64,000 nucleotides of DNA from assembly GCA_964016885.1 (NCBI GenBank), contig OZ024744.1:128960001-129024000 (forward strand). The letters run 5' to 3'. The notes beneath the pieces were generated by a model. It was not told the DNA's origin. It was given only the letters and a program-made list of their open reading frames with translations, and did not search any database. The stretch is from Eledone cirrhosa (Eukaryota). The translations under genes and the position numbers were made by a program. Each line of letters starts with the position of its first letter. The stretch's first letter is position 1. This document shows, in pieces, positions 52,301 to 61,850 of this stretch.

Positions 52301-53690
52301 GGGTTAAGTTAATTTGGGGTTAAGTTAAGTTAGGGTAAAGTTAAGTTGGGGTTGAGTTAAGTTGGGGTAAGTTAAGTTGGGGTTAAGTTAAGTTGGGGTT
52401 AAGTTAAGTTGGGGTTAAGTTAAGTTAGGCTTAACTTAAGTTGGGGTTAAGTTAAGTTGGGGGTGAGTTAAGTTGGGGGTAAGTTAAGTTGGGGTTAAGT
52501 TAAGTTGGGGTTAAGTTGGGGTTAAGTTAAGTTAGGGTTAAGTTAATTTGGGGTTGAGTTAAGTTGGGGTTAAGTTAAGTGGTGGTTATGTTAAGTTGGG
52601 GTTAAGTTAAGTTGGGGTTAATTTAAATTGGGGTTAATTTAAATTTGTTGTTAAGTTAAGTTGGGGTTAATTTAAGTTGGGGTTAAGTTAAGTTGGGGTT
52701 GAGTTAAGTTGTGGTTGAGTGAAGTTGGGGTTAAGTTAAGTTGGGGTTAAATTAAGTTGGAGTTAAGTTAAGTTGGGGTTGAGTTAAGTTGGGGTTAATT
52801 TAAGTTGGGGCTAAGTTAATTTGGGGTTAAGTTAAGTTGGGGTTAAATTAAGTTGGGGTTAAGTTAAGTTGGGGTTAAGTTAAGTTGGGGTTAAGTTAAT
52901 TTGGGGTTAAGTGAAGTTAGGGTTAAGTTAAGTTGGGGCTGAGTTAAGTTGGGGGTAAGTTAAGTTGGGGTTATGTTAAGTTGGGGTTAAGTTAAGTTGG
53001 GGTTAAGTTAAGTTGGGGTTCAGTTAAGTTGCCGTTAAGTTAAGTTGGGGTTAAGTTAAGTTGGGGTTAAGTTAAGTTGGGGTTAATTTAAGTTGGGGTT
53101 AAGTTAAGTTGGGGTTAAGTTAATTTGTGGTTAAGTTAAGTTGGGGTTAAGTTAAGTTGGGGTTAAATTCAGTCGGGGTTAAGTTAAGTCGGGGTTAAGT
53201 TACGTTGGGGTTAAGTTAAGTTGGGGTTAAGTTAAGTTGGGGTTGAGTTAAGTTGGGGTTAAGTTAAGTTGGGGTTAAGTTAAGTTGGGGTTAAGTTAAG
53301 TTGGGGTTAAGTTAAGTTGGGGTTAAGTTAAGTTGGGGTTAATTTAAGTTGGGGTTAATTTAAGTTGGGGTTAAGTTAAGTTGGGGTTAAGTTAAGTTGG
53401 GGTAACGTTAAGTTGGGGGTAAGTTAAGTTGGGGTTAAGTTAAGTTGGGGTTAAGTTGGGGTTAAGTTAAGTTAGGGTTAACTTAAGTTGGGGTTGTGTT
53501 AAGTGGTGGTTATGTTAAGTGGTGGTTATGTTAAGTTGGGGTTAAGTTAAGTTGGGGTTAAGTTAAGTTGGGGTTAAGTTAAGTTGGGGTTAAGTTAATT
53601 AGGGTTAAGTTAAGTTGGGTTTAAGTTAAGTTGGGGTTAAGTTAATTTGTGGTTAAGTTAAGTTGGGGTTAAGTTAAGTTGGGGTTAAGT
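36700..53690 (+). repeat. Large duplication, offset ~9.34 kb (~36700-44330 matches ~46050-53690)
   Basis: An offset of 9342 holds for TGATG 38765/48107, 39474/48816, 41262/50604 and 41971/51313, for the private variants GGGATAATTT 41987/51329 and GGAGTTAAG 43417/52759, and for a shared deletion junction at ~40744/~50086. Confidence 0.9.
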
Positions 53691-56600
53691 TAAGTTGGGG
53701 ATAAGTTAAGTTGGGGATAAGTTAAGTTGGGGTTAATTAAGTTGGGTTTAAGTTAAGTTGGGGTTAAGTTAAGTCGGGGTTAAGTTAAGTTGGGGTTAAG
53801 TTAAGTTGGGGGTAAGATAAGTTGGGTTAGTTAAGTTGCGGTTAAGTTAAGTTGGGGTTAAGTTAAGTTGGGGTTAAGTTAAGTTGGGGTTAAGTTAAGT
53901 TGGGGTTAATTTAAGTTGGGGTTAATTTAAGTTGGGGTAAAGTTAAGTTGGGGGTAAGTTAAGTTGGGGTTAAGTTAAGTTGGGGTTAAGTTGGGGTTAA
54001 GTTAAGTTAGGGTTAACTTAAGTTGGGGTTGTGTTAAGTGGTGGTTATGTTAAGTGGTGGTTATGTTAAGTTGGGGTTAAGTTAAGTTGGGGTTAAGTTA
54101 AATTGGGGTTAAGTTAAGTTGCGGTTAAGTTAAGTTGGGGTTAAGTTAAGTTGGGGTTAAGTTAATTAGGGTTAAGTTAAGTTGGGGTTAAGTTAAGTTG
54201 GGGTTAAGTTAAGTTGGGGTTAAGTTAATTTGTGGTTAAGTTAAGTTGGGGTTAAGTTAAGTTGGGGTTAAGTTAAGTTGGGGATAAGTTAAGTTGAGGA
54301 TAAGTTAAGTTGGGGTTAATTAAGTTGGGTTTAAGTTAAGTTGGGGTTAAGTTAAGTTGGGGTTAAGTTAAGTTGGGGTTAAGTTAAGTTGGTTAGTTAA
54401 GTTGAGTTTAAGTTAAGTTGGGGTTAATTTAAGTTGGGGTTAAGTTAAGTTGGGGTTAAGTTAATGTGGGGTTAAGTTAAGTTGGGGTTCAGTTAAGTTG
54501 GGGTTAAGTTAAGTTGGGGTTAAGTTGGGGTAAAATTAAGTTGGGGTTAAGTTAAGTTGCGGTTAAGTTAAAATGAGGTTAAGTTAAGTTGGGGTTAAGT
54601 TAAGTTGGGGTTAAGTTAAGTTGGGGCTAAGTTAAGTTGGGGCTAAGTTAAGTTGGGGCTAAGTTAAGTTGGGATTAAGTTAACTTTGGGTTAAGTTAAG
54701 TTGGGTTTGATTTAAGTTGAGGTTAATTAAGTTGGGGTTAAGTTAAGTTGGGGTTAAGTTAAGTTGGGGTTAAGTTAAGTTGGGGTTAAGTTAAGTTGAT
54801 GTTAAGTTAAGTTGGGGTTAATTTAAGTTGGGGTTAAGTTAAGTTGGGGCTAAGTTAAGTTGGGGTTAAGTTAATTAGGGTTAAGTTAAGTTGGGGTTAA
54901 GTTAAGTTGGGGTTAAGTTAAGTTGGGGTTAAGTTAATTTGTGGTTAAGTTAAGTTGGGGTTAAGTTAAGTTGGGGTTAAGTTAAGTTGGGGATAAGTTA
55001 AGTTGAGGATAAGTTAAGTTGGGGTTAATTAAGTTGGGTTTAAGTTAAGTTGGGGTTAAGTTAAGTTGGGGTTAAGTTAAGTTGGGGTTAAGTTAAGTTG
55101 GTTAGTTAAGTTGAGTTTAAGTTAAGTTGGGGTTAATTTAAGTTGGGGTTAAGTTAATTTGGGGTTAAGTTAATTTGGGGTTAAGTTAAGTTGGGGTTCA
55201 GTTAAGTTGGGGTTAAGTTAAGTTGGGGTTAAGTTGGGGTAAAATTAAGTTGGGGTTAAGTTAAGTTGCGGTTAAGTTAAAATGAGGTTAAGTTAAGTTG
55301 GGGTTAAGTTAAGTTGGGGTTAAGTTAAGTTGGGGCTAAGTTAAGTTGGGGCTAAGTTAAGTTGGGGCTAAGTTAAGTTGGGGTTAAGTTAACTTTGGGT
55401 TAAGTTAAGTTGGGTTTGAGTTAAGTTGGGGTTAATTAAGTTGGGGTTAAGTTAAGTTGGGGTTAAGTTAAGTTGGGGTTAAGTTAAGTTGGGGTTAAGT
55501 TAAGTTGATGTTAAGTTAAGTTGGGGTTAATTTAAGTTGGGGTTAAGTTAAGTTGGGGCTAAGTTAAGTTGGAGCTAAGTTAAGTTGGGGCTAAGTTAAG
55601 TTGGGGTTAAGTTAAGTTGGGGTTAAGTTAAGGTGGGGTTAAGTTAAGTTGGGGTTAAGTTAAGTTGGGGTTAACTTAAGTTGGGGTTGAGTTAAGTTGG
55701 GGTTAAGTTAAGTTGGGGTTAAGTTAAGTTGGGGTTACGTTAAGTTGGGGGTAAGTTAAGTTGGTGGTAAGTTAAGTTGGGGGTAAGTTAAGATGGGGTT
55801 AAGTTAGGGTTAAGTTAAGTTAGGGTTAAGTTAATTTGGGGTTGAGTTACGTTGGGGTTAAGTTAAGTGGTGGTTATGTTAAGTTGGGGTTAAGTTAAGT
55901 TGGGGTTAATTTAAATTGGGGTTAATTTAAATTTGTTGTTAAGTTAAGTTGGGGTTAATTTAAGTTGGGGTTAAGTTAAGTTGGGGTTGAGTTAAGTTGG
56001 GGTTGAGTGAAGTTGGGGTTAAGTTAAGTTGGGGTTGAGTTAAGTTGGGGGTTAATTTAAGTTGGGGCTAAGTTCATTTGGGGTTCAGTTAAGTTGGGGT
56101 TAAATTAAGTTGGGGTTAAGTTAAGTTGGGGTTAAATTAAGTTGGGGTTAAGTTAAGTTGGGGTTAAGTTAAGTTGGGGTTAAGTTAATTTGGGGTTAAG
56201 TGAAGTTAGGGTTAAGTTAAGTTGGGGTTGAGTTAAGTTGGGGGTAAGTTAAGTTGGGGTTATGTTAAGTTGGGGTTACGTTAAGTTGGGTTTAAGTTAA
56301 GTTGGGGTTAAGTTAAGTTGGGGTTAAGTTAAGTTGGGGTTAATTTAAGTTGGGGTTAAGTTAAGTTGGGATTAATTTAAGTTGGGGTTAAGTTAAGTTG
56401 GGGTTAAGTTAAGTTGGGGTTAAATTAAGTTGGGGTTAAGTTAAGTTGGGGTTAAGTTAAGTTGGGGTTAAGTTAATTTGGGGTTAAGTTAAGTTAGGGT
56501 AAAGTTAAGTTGGGGTTGAGTTAAGTTGGGGTAAGTTAAGTTGGGGTTAAGTTAAGTTGGGGTTAAGTTAAGTTGGGGTTAAGTTAAGTTAGGCTTAACT

Positions 56601-59600
56601 TAAGTTGGGGTTAAGTTAAGTTGGGGGTGAGTTAAGTTGGGGGTAAGTTAAGTTGGGGTTAAGTTAAGTTGGGGTTAAGTTGGGGTTAAGTTAAGTTAGG
56701 GTTAAGTTAATTTGGGGTTGAGTTAAGTTGGGGTTAAGTTAAGTGGTGGTTATGTTAAGTTGGGGTTAAGTTAAGTTGGGGTTAATTTAAATTGGGGTTA
56801 ATTTAAATTTGTTGTTAAGTTAAGTTGGGGTTAATTTAAGTTGGGGTTAAGTTAAGTTGGGGTTGAGTTAAGTTGTGGTTGAGTGAAGTTGGGGTTAAGT
56901 TGAGTTGGGGTTAAATTAAGTTGGGGTTAAGTTAAGTTGGGGTTGAGTTAAGTTGGGGTTAATTTAAGTTGGGGCTAAGTTAATTTGGGGTTAAGTTAAG
57001 TTGGGGTTAAATTAAGTTGGGGTTAAGTTAAGTTGGGGTTAAGTTAAGTTGGGGTTAAGTTAATTTGGGGTTAAGTGAAGTTAGGGTTAAGTTAAGTTGG
57101 GGCTGAGTTAAGTTGGGGGTAAGTTAAGTTGGGGTTATGTTAAGTTGGGGTTAAGTTAAGTTGGGGTTAAGTTAAGTTGGGGTTCAGTTAAGTTGCGGTT
57201 AAGTTAAGTTGGGGTTAAGTTAAGTTGGGGTTAAGTTAAGTTGGGGTTAATTTAAGTTGGGGTTAAGTTAAGTTGGGGTTAAGTTAAGTTGGGGTTAAAT
57301 TCAGTCGGGGTTAAGTTAAGTCGGGGTTAAGTTACGTTGGGGTTAAGTTAAGTTGGGGTTAAGTTAAGTTGGGGTTGAGTTAAGTTGGGGTTAAGTTAAG
57401 TTGGGGTTAAGTTAAGTTGGGGTTAAGTTAAGTTGGGGTTAATTTAAGTTGGGGTTAAGTTAAGTTGGGGTTAATTTAAGTTGGGGTTAATTTAAGTTGG
57501 GGTTAAGTTAAGTTGGGGTTAAGTTAAGTTGGGGTAACGTTAAGTTGGGGGTAAGTTAAGTTGGGGTTAAGTTAAGTTGGGGTTAAGTTGGGGTTAAGTT
57601 AAGTTAGGGTTAACTTAAGTTGGGGTTGTGTTAAGTGGTGGTTATGTTAAGTGGTGGTTATGTTAAGTTGGGGTTAAGTTAAGTTGGGGTTAAGTTAAGT
57701 TGGGGTTAAGTTAATTAGGGTTAAGTTAAGTTGGGTTTAAGTTAAGTTGGGGTTAAGTTAATATTTGGTTAAGTTAAGTTGGGGTTAAGTTAAGTTGGGG
57801 TTAAGTTAAGTTGGGGATAAGTTAAGTTGGGGATAAGTTAAGTTGGGGTTAATTAAGTTGGGTTTAAGTTAAGTTGGGGTTAAGTTAAGTCGGGGTTAAG
57901 TTAAGTTGGGGTTAAGTTAAGTTGGTTAGTTAAGTTGAGTTTAAGTTAAGTTGGGGTTAATTTAAGTTGGGGTTAAGTTAAGTTGGGGTTAAGTTAAGTT
58001 GGGGTTAAGTTAAGTTGGGGTTCAGTTAAGTTGGGGTTAAGTTAAGTTGGGGTAAAATTAAGTTGGGGTTAAGTTAAGTTGGGGTTAAGTTAAGTTGCGG
58101 TTAAGTTAAGTTGCCGTTAAGTTAAGTTGAGGTTAAGTTAAGTTGGGGTTAAGTTAAGTTGGGGTTAAGTTAAGTTGGGGCTAAGTTAAGTTGGGGCTAA
58201 GTTAAGTTGGGGTTAAGTTAACTTTGGGTTAAGTTAAGTTGGGTTTGAGTTAAGTTGGGGTTAATTAAGTTGGGGTTAAGTTAAGTTGGGGTTAAGTTGG
58301 GGTTAAGTTAAGTTGCGGTTAAGTTAAGTTGATGTTAAGTTAAGTTGGGGTTAAGTTAATTTGGGGTTAAGTTAAGTTGGGGCTAAGTTAAGTTGGAGCT
58401 GAGTTAAGTTGGGGCTAAGTTAAGTTGGGGTTAAGTTAAGTTGGGGTTAAGTTAAGGTGGGGTTAAGTTAAGTTGGGGTCAACTTAAGTTGGGGTTAAGT
58501 TAAGTTGGGGTTAACTTAAGTTGGGGTTAAGTTAAGTTGGGGTTAAGTTAAGTTGGGGTTAAGTTAAGTTGGGGTTACGTTAAGTTGGGGGTAAATCAAG
58601 TTGGTGTTAAGTTAAGTTGGCGGTAAGTTAAGATGGGGTTAAGTTAAGTTGGGGTTAATTTAATTTGGGGTTAAGTTAAGTTAGGGTTAAGTTAAGTTGG
58701 GGTTGAGTTAAGTTGGGGTTAAGTTAAGTTGGGGTTATGTTAAGTTGGGGTTAAGTTAAGTTGGGGTTAAGTTAAGTTGGGGTTCAATTAAGTTGCGGAT
58801 AATTTAAGTTGGGGTTAAGTTAAGTTGGGGTTAAGTTAAGTTGGGGTTAAGTTAAGTTGGGGTTAAATTAAGTTGGGGTTAAATTAAGTTGGGGTTAAGT
58901 TAAGTTGGGGTTATGTTAAGTTGGTGTTAAGTTAAGTTGGGGTTAAGTTAAGTTGGGGTTAAGTTAGGTTGGTGTTAATTTAAGTTGGGGGTAAGTTAAG
59001 TTGGGGTAAGTTAAGTTGGGGTTAAGTTAAGTTGGGTTTAAGTTAAGTTGGGGCTAAGTTAAGTTAGGGCTAAGTTAAGTTGGGGTTAAGTAAAGTTAGG
59101 GCTAAGTTAAGTTGGGGTTAAGTTAAGTTGGGGTTAATTTAAGTTGGGGTTACATTAAGTTGATGTTAAGTTAAGTTGGGGTTAAGTTAAGTTGGGGTTA
59201 AGTTAAGTTGGGGTTAAATTAAGTTGGGGTTAAATTAAGTTGGGGTTAAGTTAGGTTGGTGTTAAGTTAAGTTGGGGTTAAGTTAATTTGTGGTTAAGTT
59301 AAGTTGGGGTTAAGTTAAGTTGGGGTTAAGTTCAGTCGGGGTTAAGTTAAGTCGGGGTTAAGTTAAGTTGGGGTTAAGTTAAGTTGCGGTTAAGTTAAGT
59401 TGGGGTTAAGTTAAGTTGGGGTTAAGTTAATTAGGGTTAAGTTAAGTTGGGGTTAAGTTAAGTTGGGGTTAAGTTAAGTTGGGTTTAAGTTAAGTTGGGG
59501 CTAAGTTAAGTTAGGGCTAAGTTAAGTTGGGGTTAAGTTAAGTTGGGGTTAAGTTAAGTTGGGGTTATGTTAAGTTGGGGTTAAGTTAAGTTGGGGTTAA

Positions 59601-59649
59601 GTTAAGTTGGGGGTAAGTTAAGTTGGGTTTGAGTTAAGTTGGGGTTAAG

Positions 59650-60242
59650 TTAGGTTTTTCGAAAACCTTATATAATTATTTTTTTTTAGGTTTTTCGAAA
59701 CACCTTATATAATCAATTTTTTTATGTTTTTCGAAAAACCTTATATAATCATTTTTTTTATACTTTTAGAAATATTTATATCTGATTTCAAATATTTATT
59801 TTTCTAGGTTTTTCAAAAAACCTTATATAATCAATTTTTTTTAGGTTTTTCGAAAAATGTTATATAATCAATTTTTTTTAGGTTTTTCGAAAAACCTTAT
59901 ATAATCAATTTTTTTTTAGGTTTTTCGAAACACCTTATATAATCAATTTTTTTTAGGTTTTTCGAAAAACCTTATATAATCAATTTTTTTTAGGTTTTTC
60001 GAAAAACCTTATATAATCAATTTTTTTAGGTTTTTCGTAAAACCTTATATAATCAATTTTTTTAGGTTTTTCGAAAAACCTTATATAATCAATTTTTTTT
60101 AGGTTTTTCGAAATACCTTATATAATTAATTTTTTTTAGGTTTTTCGAAAAATCTTATATAATTAATTTATATCTGATTTCAAATATTGATTTTTTTAGG
60201 TTTTTCGAAAACCTTATATAATCAATTTTTTTTAGGTTTTTT
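59650..60242 (+). repeat. Left array of ~37-bp palindromic repeat AGGTTTTTCGAAAAACCTTATATAATCAA(T)7-9, about 15 copies
   Basis: AGG starts at 59955, 59992, 60028, 60064, 60101 and 60138 give a 36-37 bp period. The array is interrupted at ~59760-59805 and ~60168-60197 by fragments of the ~300-bp unit. Confidence 0.96.
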
Positions 60243-60279
60243 GAAAAAGAATGAATTCATATTCGAAATATATACTTCT

Positions 60280-60351
60280 GCATTAATCTTTTTACGTTTT
60301 TCTGATTTTTTGCATGTTTTGAAATTTAAAAAAAACGTAAAAAATTAATGC
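60280..60351. repeat. Inverted repeat with ~22-bp arms (also at ~61185-61256)
   Basis: GCATTAATCTTTTTACGTTTTT pairs with AAAAAACGTAAAAAATTAATGC, whose reverse complement is GCATTAATTTTTTACGTTTTTT. Confidence 0.9.
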
Positions 60352-60785
60352 TTTTACAAATATTTTGAAATATTTACTTTCTGGTTTCAAATTTTGCAAA
60401 TTAAATATTTTTCTAAAAAAATCAGTTTTCGAAATCAGAAGTTAATATTTCGAAAAACGCAATTTAAAAAACTCATATTAATTTTTTTTCGAATGAAGTT
60501 TTTTTATGCTTTTAGAAATATTTATATCTGATTTAAAATATTGATTTTTTTAGGTTTACCTTATATAATCAAATTTTTTTAGGTTTTTCGAAATATCTTA
60601 TATAATCAATTTTTTTTAGGTTTTTCGAAAAAGAATGAATTTGAGTTCATAGTCGAAATATATACTTCTGCATTAATCTTTGATTTTTTGCATGTTTTGA
60701 AATCTAAAAAAAACGTAAAAAATTAATGCTTTTACAAATATTTTGAAATATTTACTTTCTGGTTTCTAAGTTTGCAAATTAAATT

Positions 60786-60951
60786 TTTTTCGAAAAACCT
60801 AAAAATATCAGTTTTTGAAATCAGAAGTTAATATTTCGAAAAACGCAATTTGAAAAACTCATATTAATTTTTTTTCGAATGAATTCTTTCATACTTTTAG
60901 AAATATTTATATCTGATTTCAAATATTGATTTTTTTAGGTTTTTCGAAAAA
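60786..60951. repeat. Long imperfect inverted repeat with 57-bp arms and a 52-nt spacer (shorter homologues at ~60415-60551 and ~61321-61460)
   Basis: The reverse complement of 60786-60842 aligned by hand to 60895-60951 gives 50/57 matches without gaps. Confidence 0.9.
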
Positions 60952-61455
60952 TCTTATATAATCAATTTTTTTTAGGTTTTTCGAAAAAGAATGAATTTGA
61001 GTTCATAGTCGAAATATATACTTCTGCATTAATCTTTGATTTTTTGCATGTTTTGAAATTTAAAAAAAACGTAAAAAATTAATATAATCAAATTTTTTTA
61101 GGTTGTTCGAAAAATCTTATATAATCAAATTTTTTTAGGTTTTTCGAAAAAGAATTTGAGTTCATAGTCGAAATATATACTTCTGCATTAATCTTTTTAC
61201 GTTTTTCTGATTTTTTGCATGTTTTGAAATTTAAAAAAAACGTAAAAAATTAATGCTTTTACAAATATTTTGAAATATTTACTTTCTGGTTTCAAATTTT
61301 GCAAATTAAATTTTTTTCGAAAAACCTAAAAAAATCAGTTTTCGAAATCAGAAGTTAATATTTCGAAAAACGCAATTTAAAAAACTCATATTAATTTTTT
61401 TTCGAATGAATTCTTTTAGAAATATTTATATCTGATTTCAAATATTGATTTTTTT

Positions 61456-61850
61456 AGGTTTACCTTATATAATCAAATTTTTTTAGGTTTTTCAAAAACC
61501 TTATATAATCAATTTTTTTTAGGTTTTTCGAAAAACCTTACATAATCAATTTTTTTTAGGTTTTTTCGAAAATCCTTATATAATCAATTTTTTACGTTTT
61601 TAGAAAAACCTTATATAATCAATTTTTTTTATACTTTTAGAAATATTTATATCTAATTTCAAATATTGATTTTTTTTAGAATTTTCGAAATACCTTATAT
61701 AATCAATTTTTCTAGGTGTTTCGAAAAACCTTATATAATCAATTTTTTTTAGGTTTTTCGAAAGACCTTATATAATCAATATTTTTAGGTTTTTCGAAAA
61801 ACCTTATATAATCAATTTCTTTAGGTTTTTCGACAACCTTATATAATCAA
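61456..61850 (+). repeat. Right array of the ~37-bp palindromic repeat, about 10 more-diverged copies
   Basis: Units start at ~61485, 61521, 61558, 61594, 61678, 61714, 61751, 61787 and 61823, in the same orientation as the left array. A fragment of the 300-bp unit interrupts it at ~61631-61677. Confidence 0.94.

Larger units (their letters stand above)
1..59649 (+). repeat. 16-bp tandem satellite/telomere-like array, consensus TTAAGTTAAGTTGGGG (about 3,700 monomers), extending beyond the left window edge
   Basis: The 16-bp period is read directly. Orientation is constant. Variants are single-base changes plus occasional 11-bp (TTAAGTTGGGG) and 15-bp monomers. C is very rare on the + strand. 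Confidence 0.99.
60243..61455 (+). repeat. Four copies of a ~300-bp AT-rich unit (starting ~60243, ~60627, ~60983 truncated, ~61146), separated by 2-3 copies of the 37-bp repeat
   Basis: TATACTTCTGCATTAATC occurs at 60271, 60661, 61017 and 61176. The third copy stops at ~61083. Confidence 0.93.
59650..61850. other. 2.2-kb AT-rich composite repeat island embedded in the 16-bp array (second satellite family or non-autonomous mobile element relic)
   Basis: Composition changes abruptly at TTAAG|TTAGGTTTTTCG (59650) and TATAATCAA|GTTGAGTTTAAG (61850). Arrays of ~37-bp repeats lie at both ends, with ~300-bp units in the middle. Confidence 0.95.

Noticed and set aside
1-59649. Canonical telomerase-synthesised tract (TTAGGG, TTAGG or TTGGGG)n
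   Set aside because: TTAGGG occurs only as sporadic variants inherited with the HOR, there is no pure canonical run, and no terminus is visible.
1-59649. Variant monomers as an information-bearing code
   Set aside because: The ordered variants are fully explained by point mutation followed by block duplication.
59650-60242. CRISPR array (36-37 bp palindromic repeats)
   Set aside because: The repeats are head-to-tail with no unique spacers, their lengths vary in homopolymer runs, and there are no cas genes or leader.
59650-61850. piggyBac insertion at TTAA, or a canonical Helitron
   Set aside because: There is no TTAA duplication flanking CCC...GGG-type termini, no 5'-TC/CTRR-3' ends and no transposase. 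The apparent terminal inversion is only the internal palindrome of same-orientation 37-mers.
59670-61850. Promoters (TATAAT / TATATAA boxes) and intrinsic terminators
   Set aside because: The motifs are simply part of the AT-rich repeat, with no adjacent gene, and cannot be supported without transcription data.
59650-61850. Mitochondrial control-region insertion (NUMT)
   Set aside because: It is AT-rich with hairpins, but there are no flanking tRNA, rRNA or coding fragments. This is unsupported without a database search.
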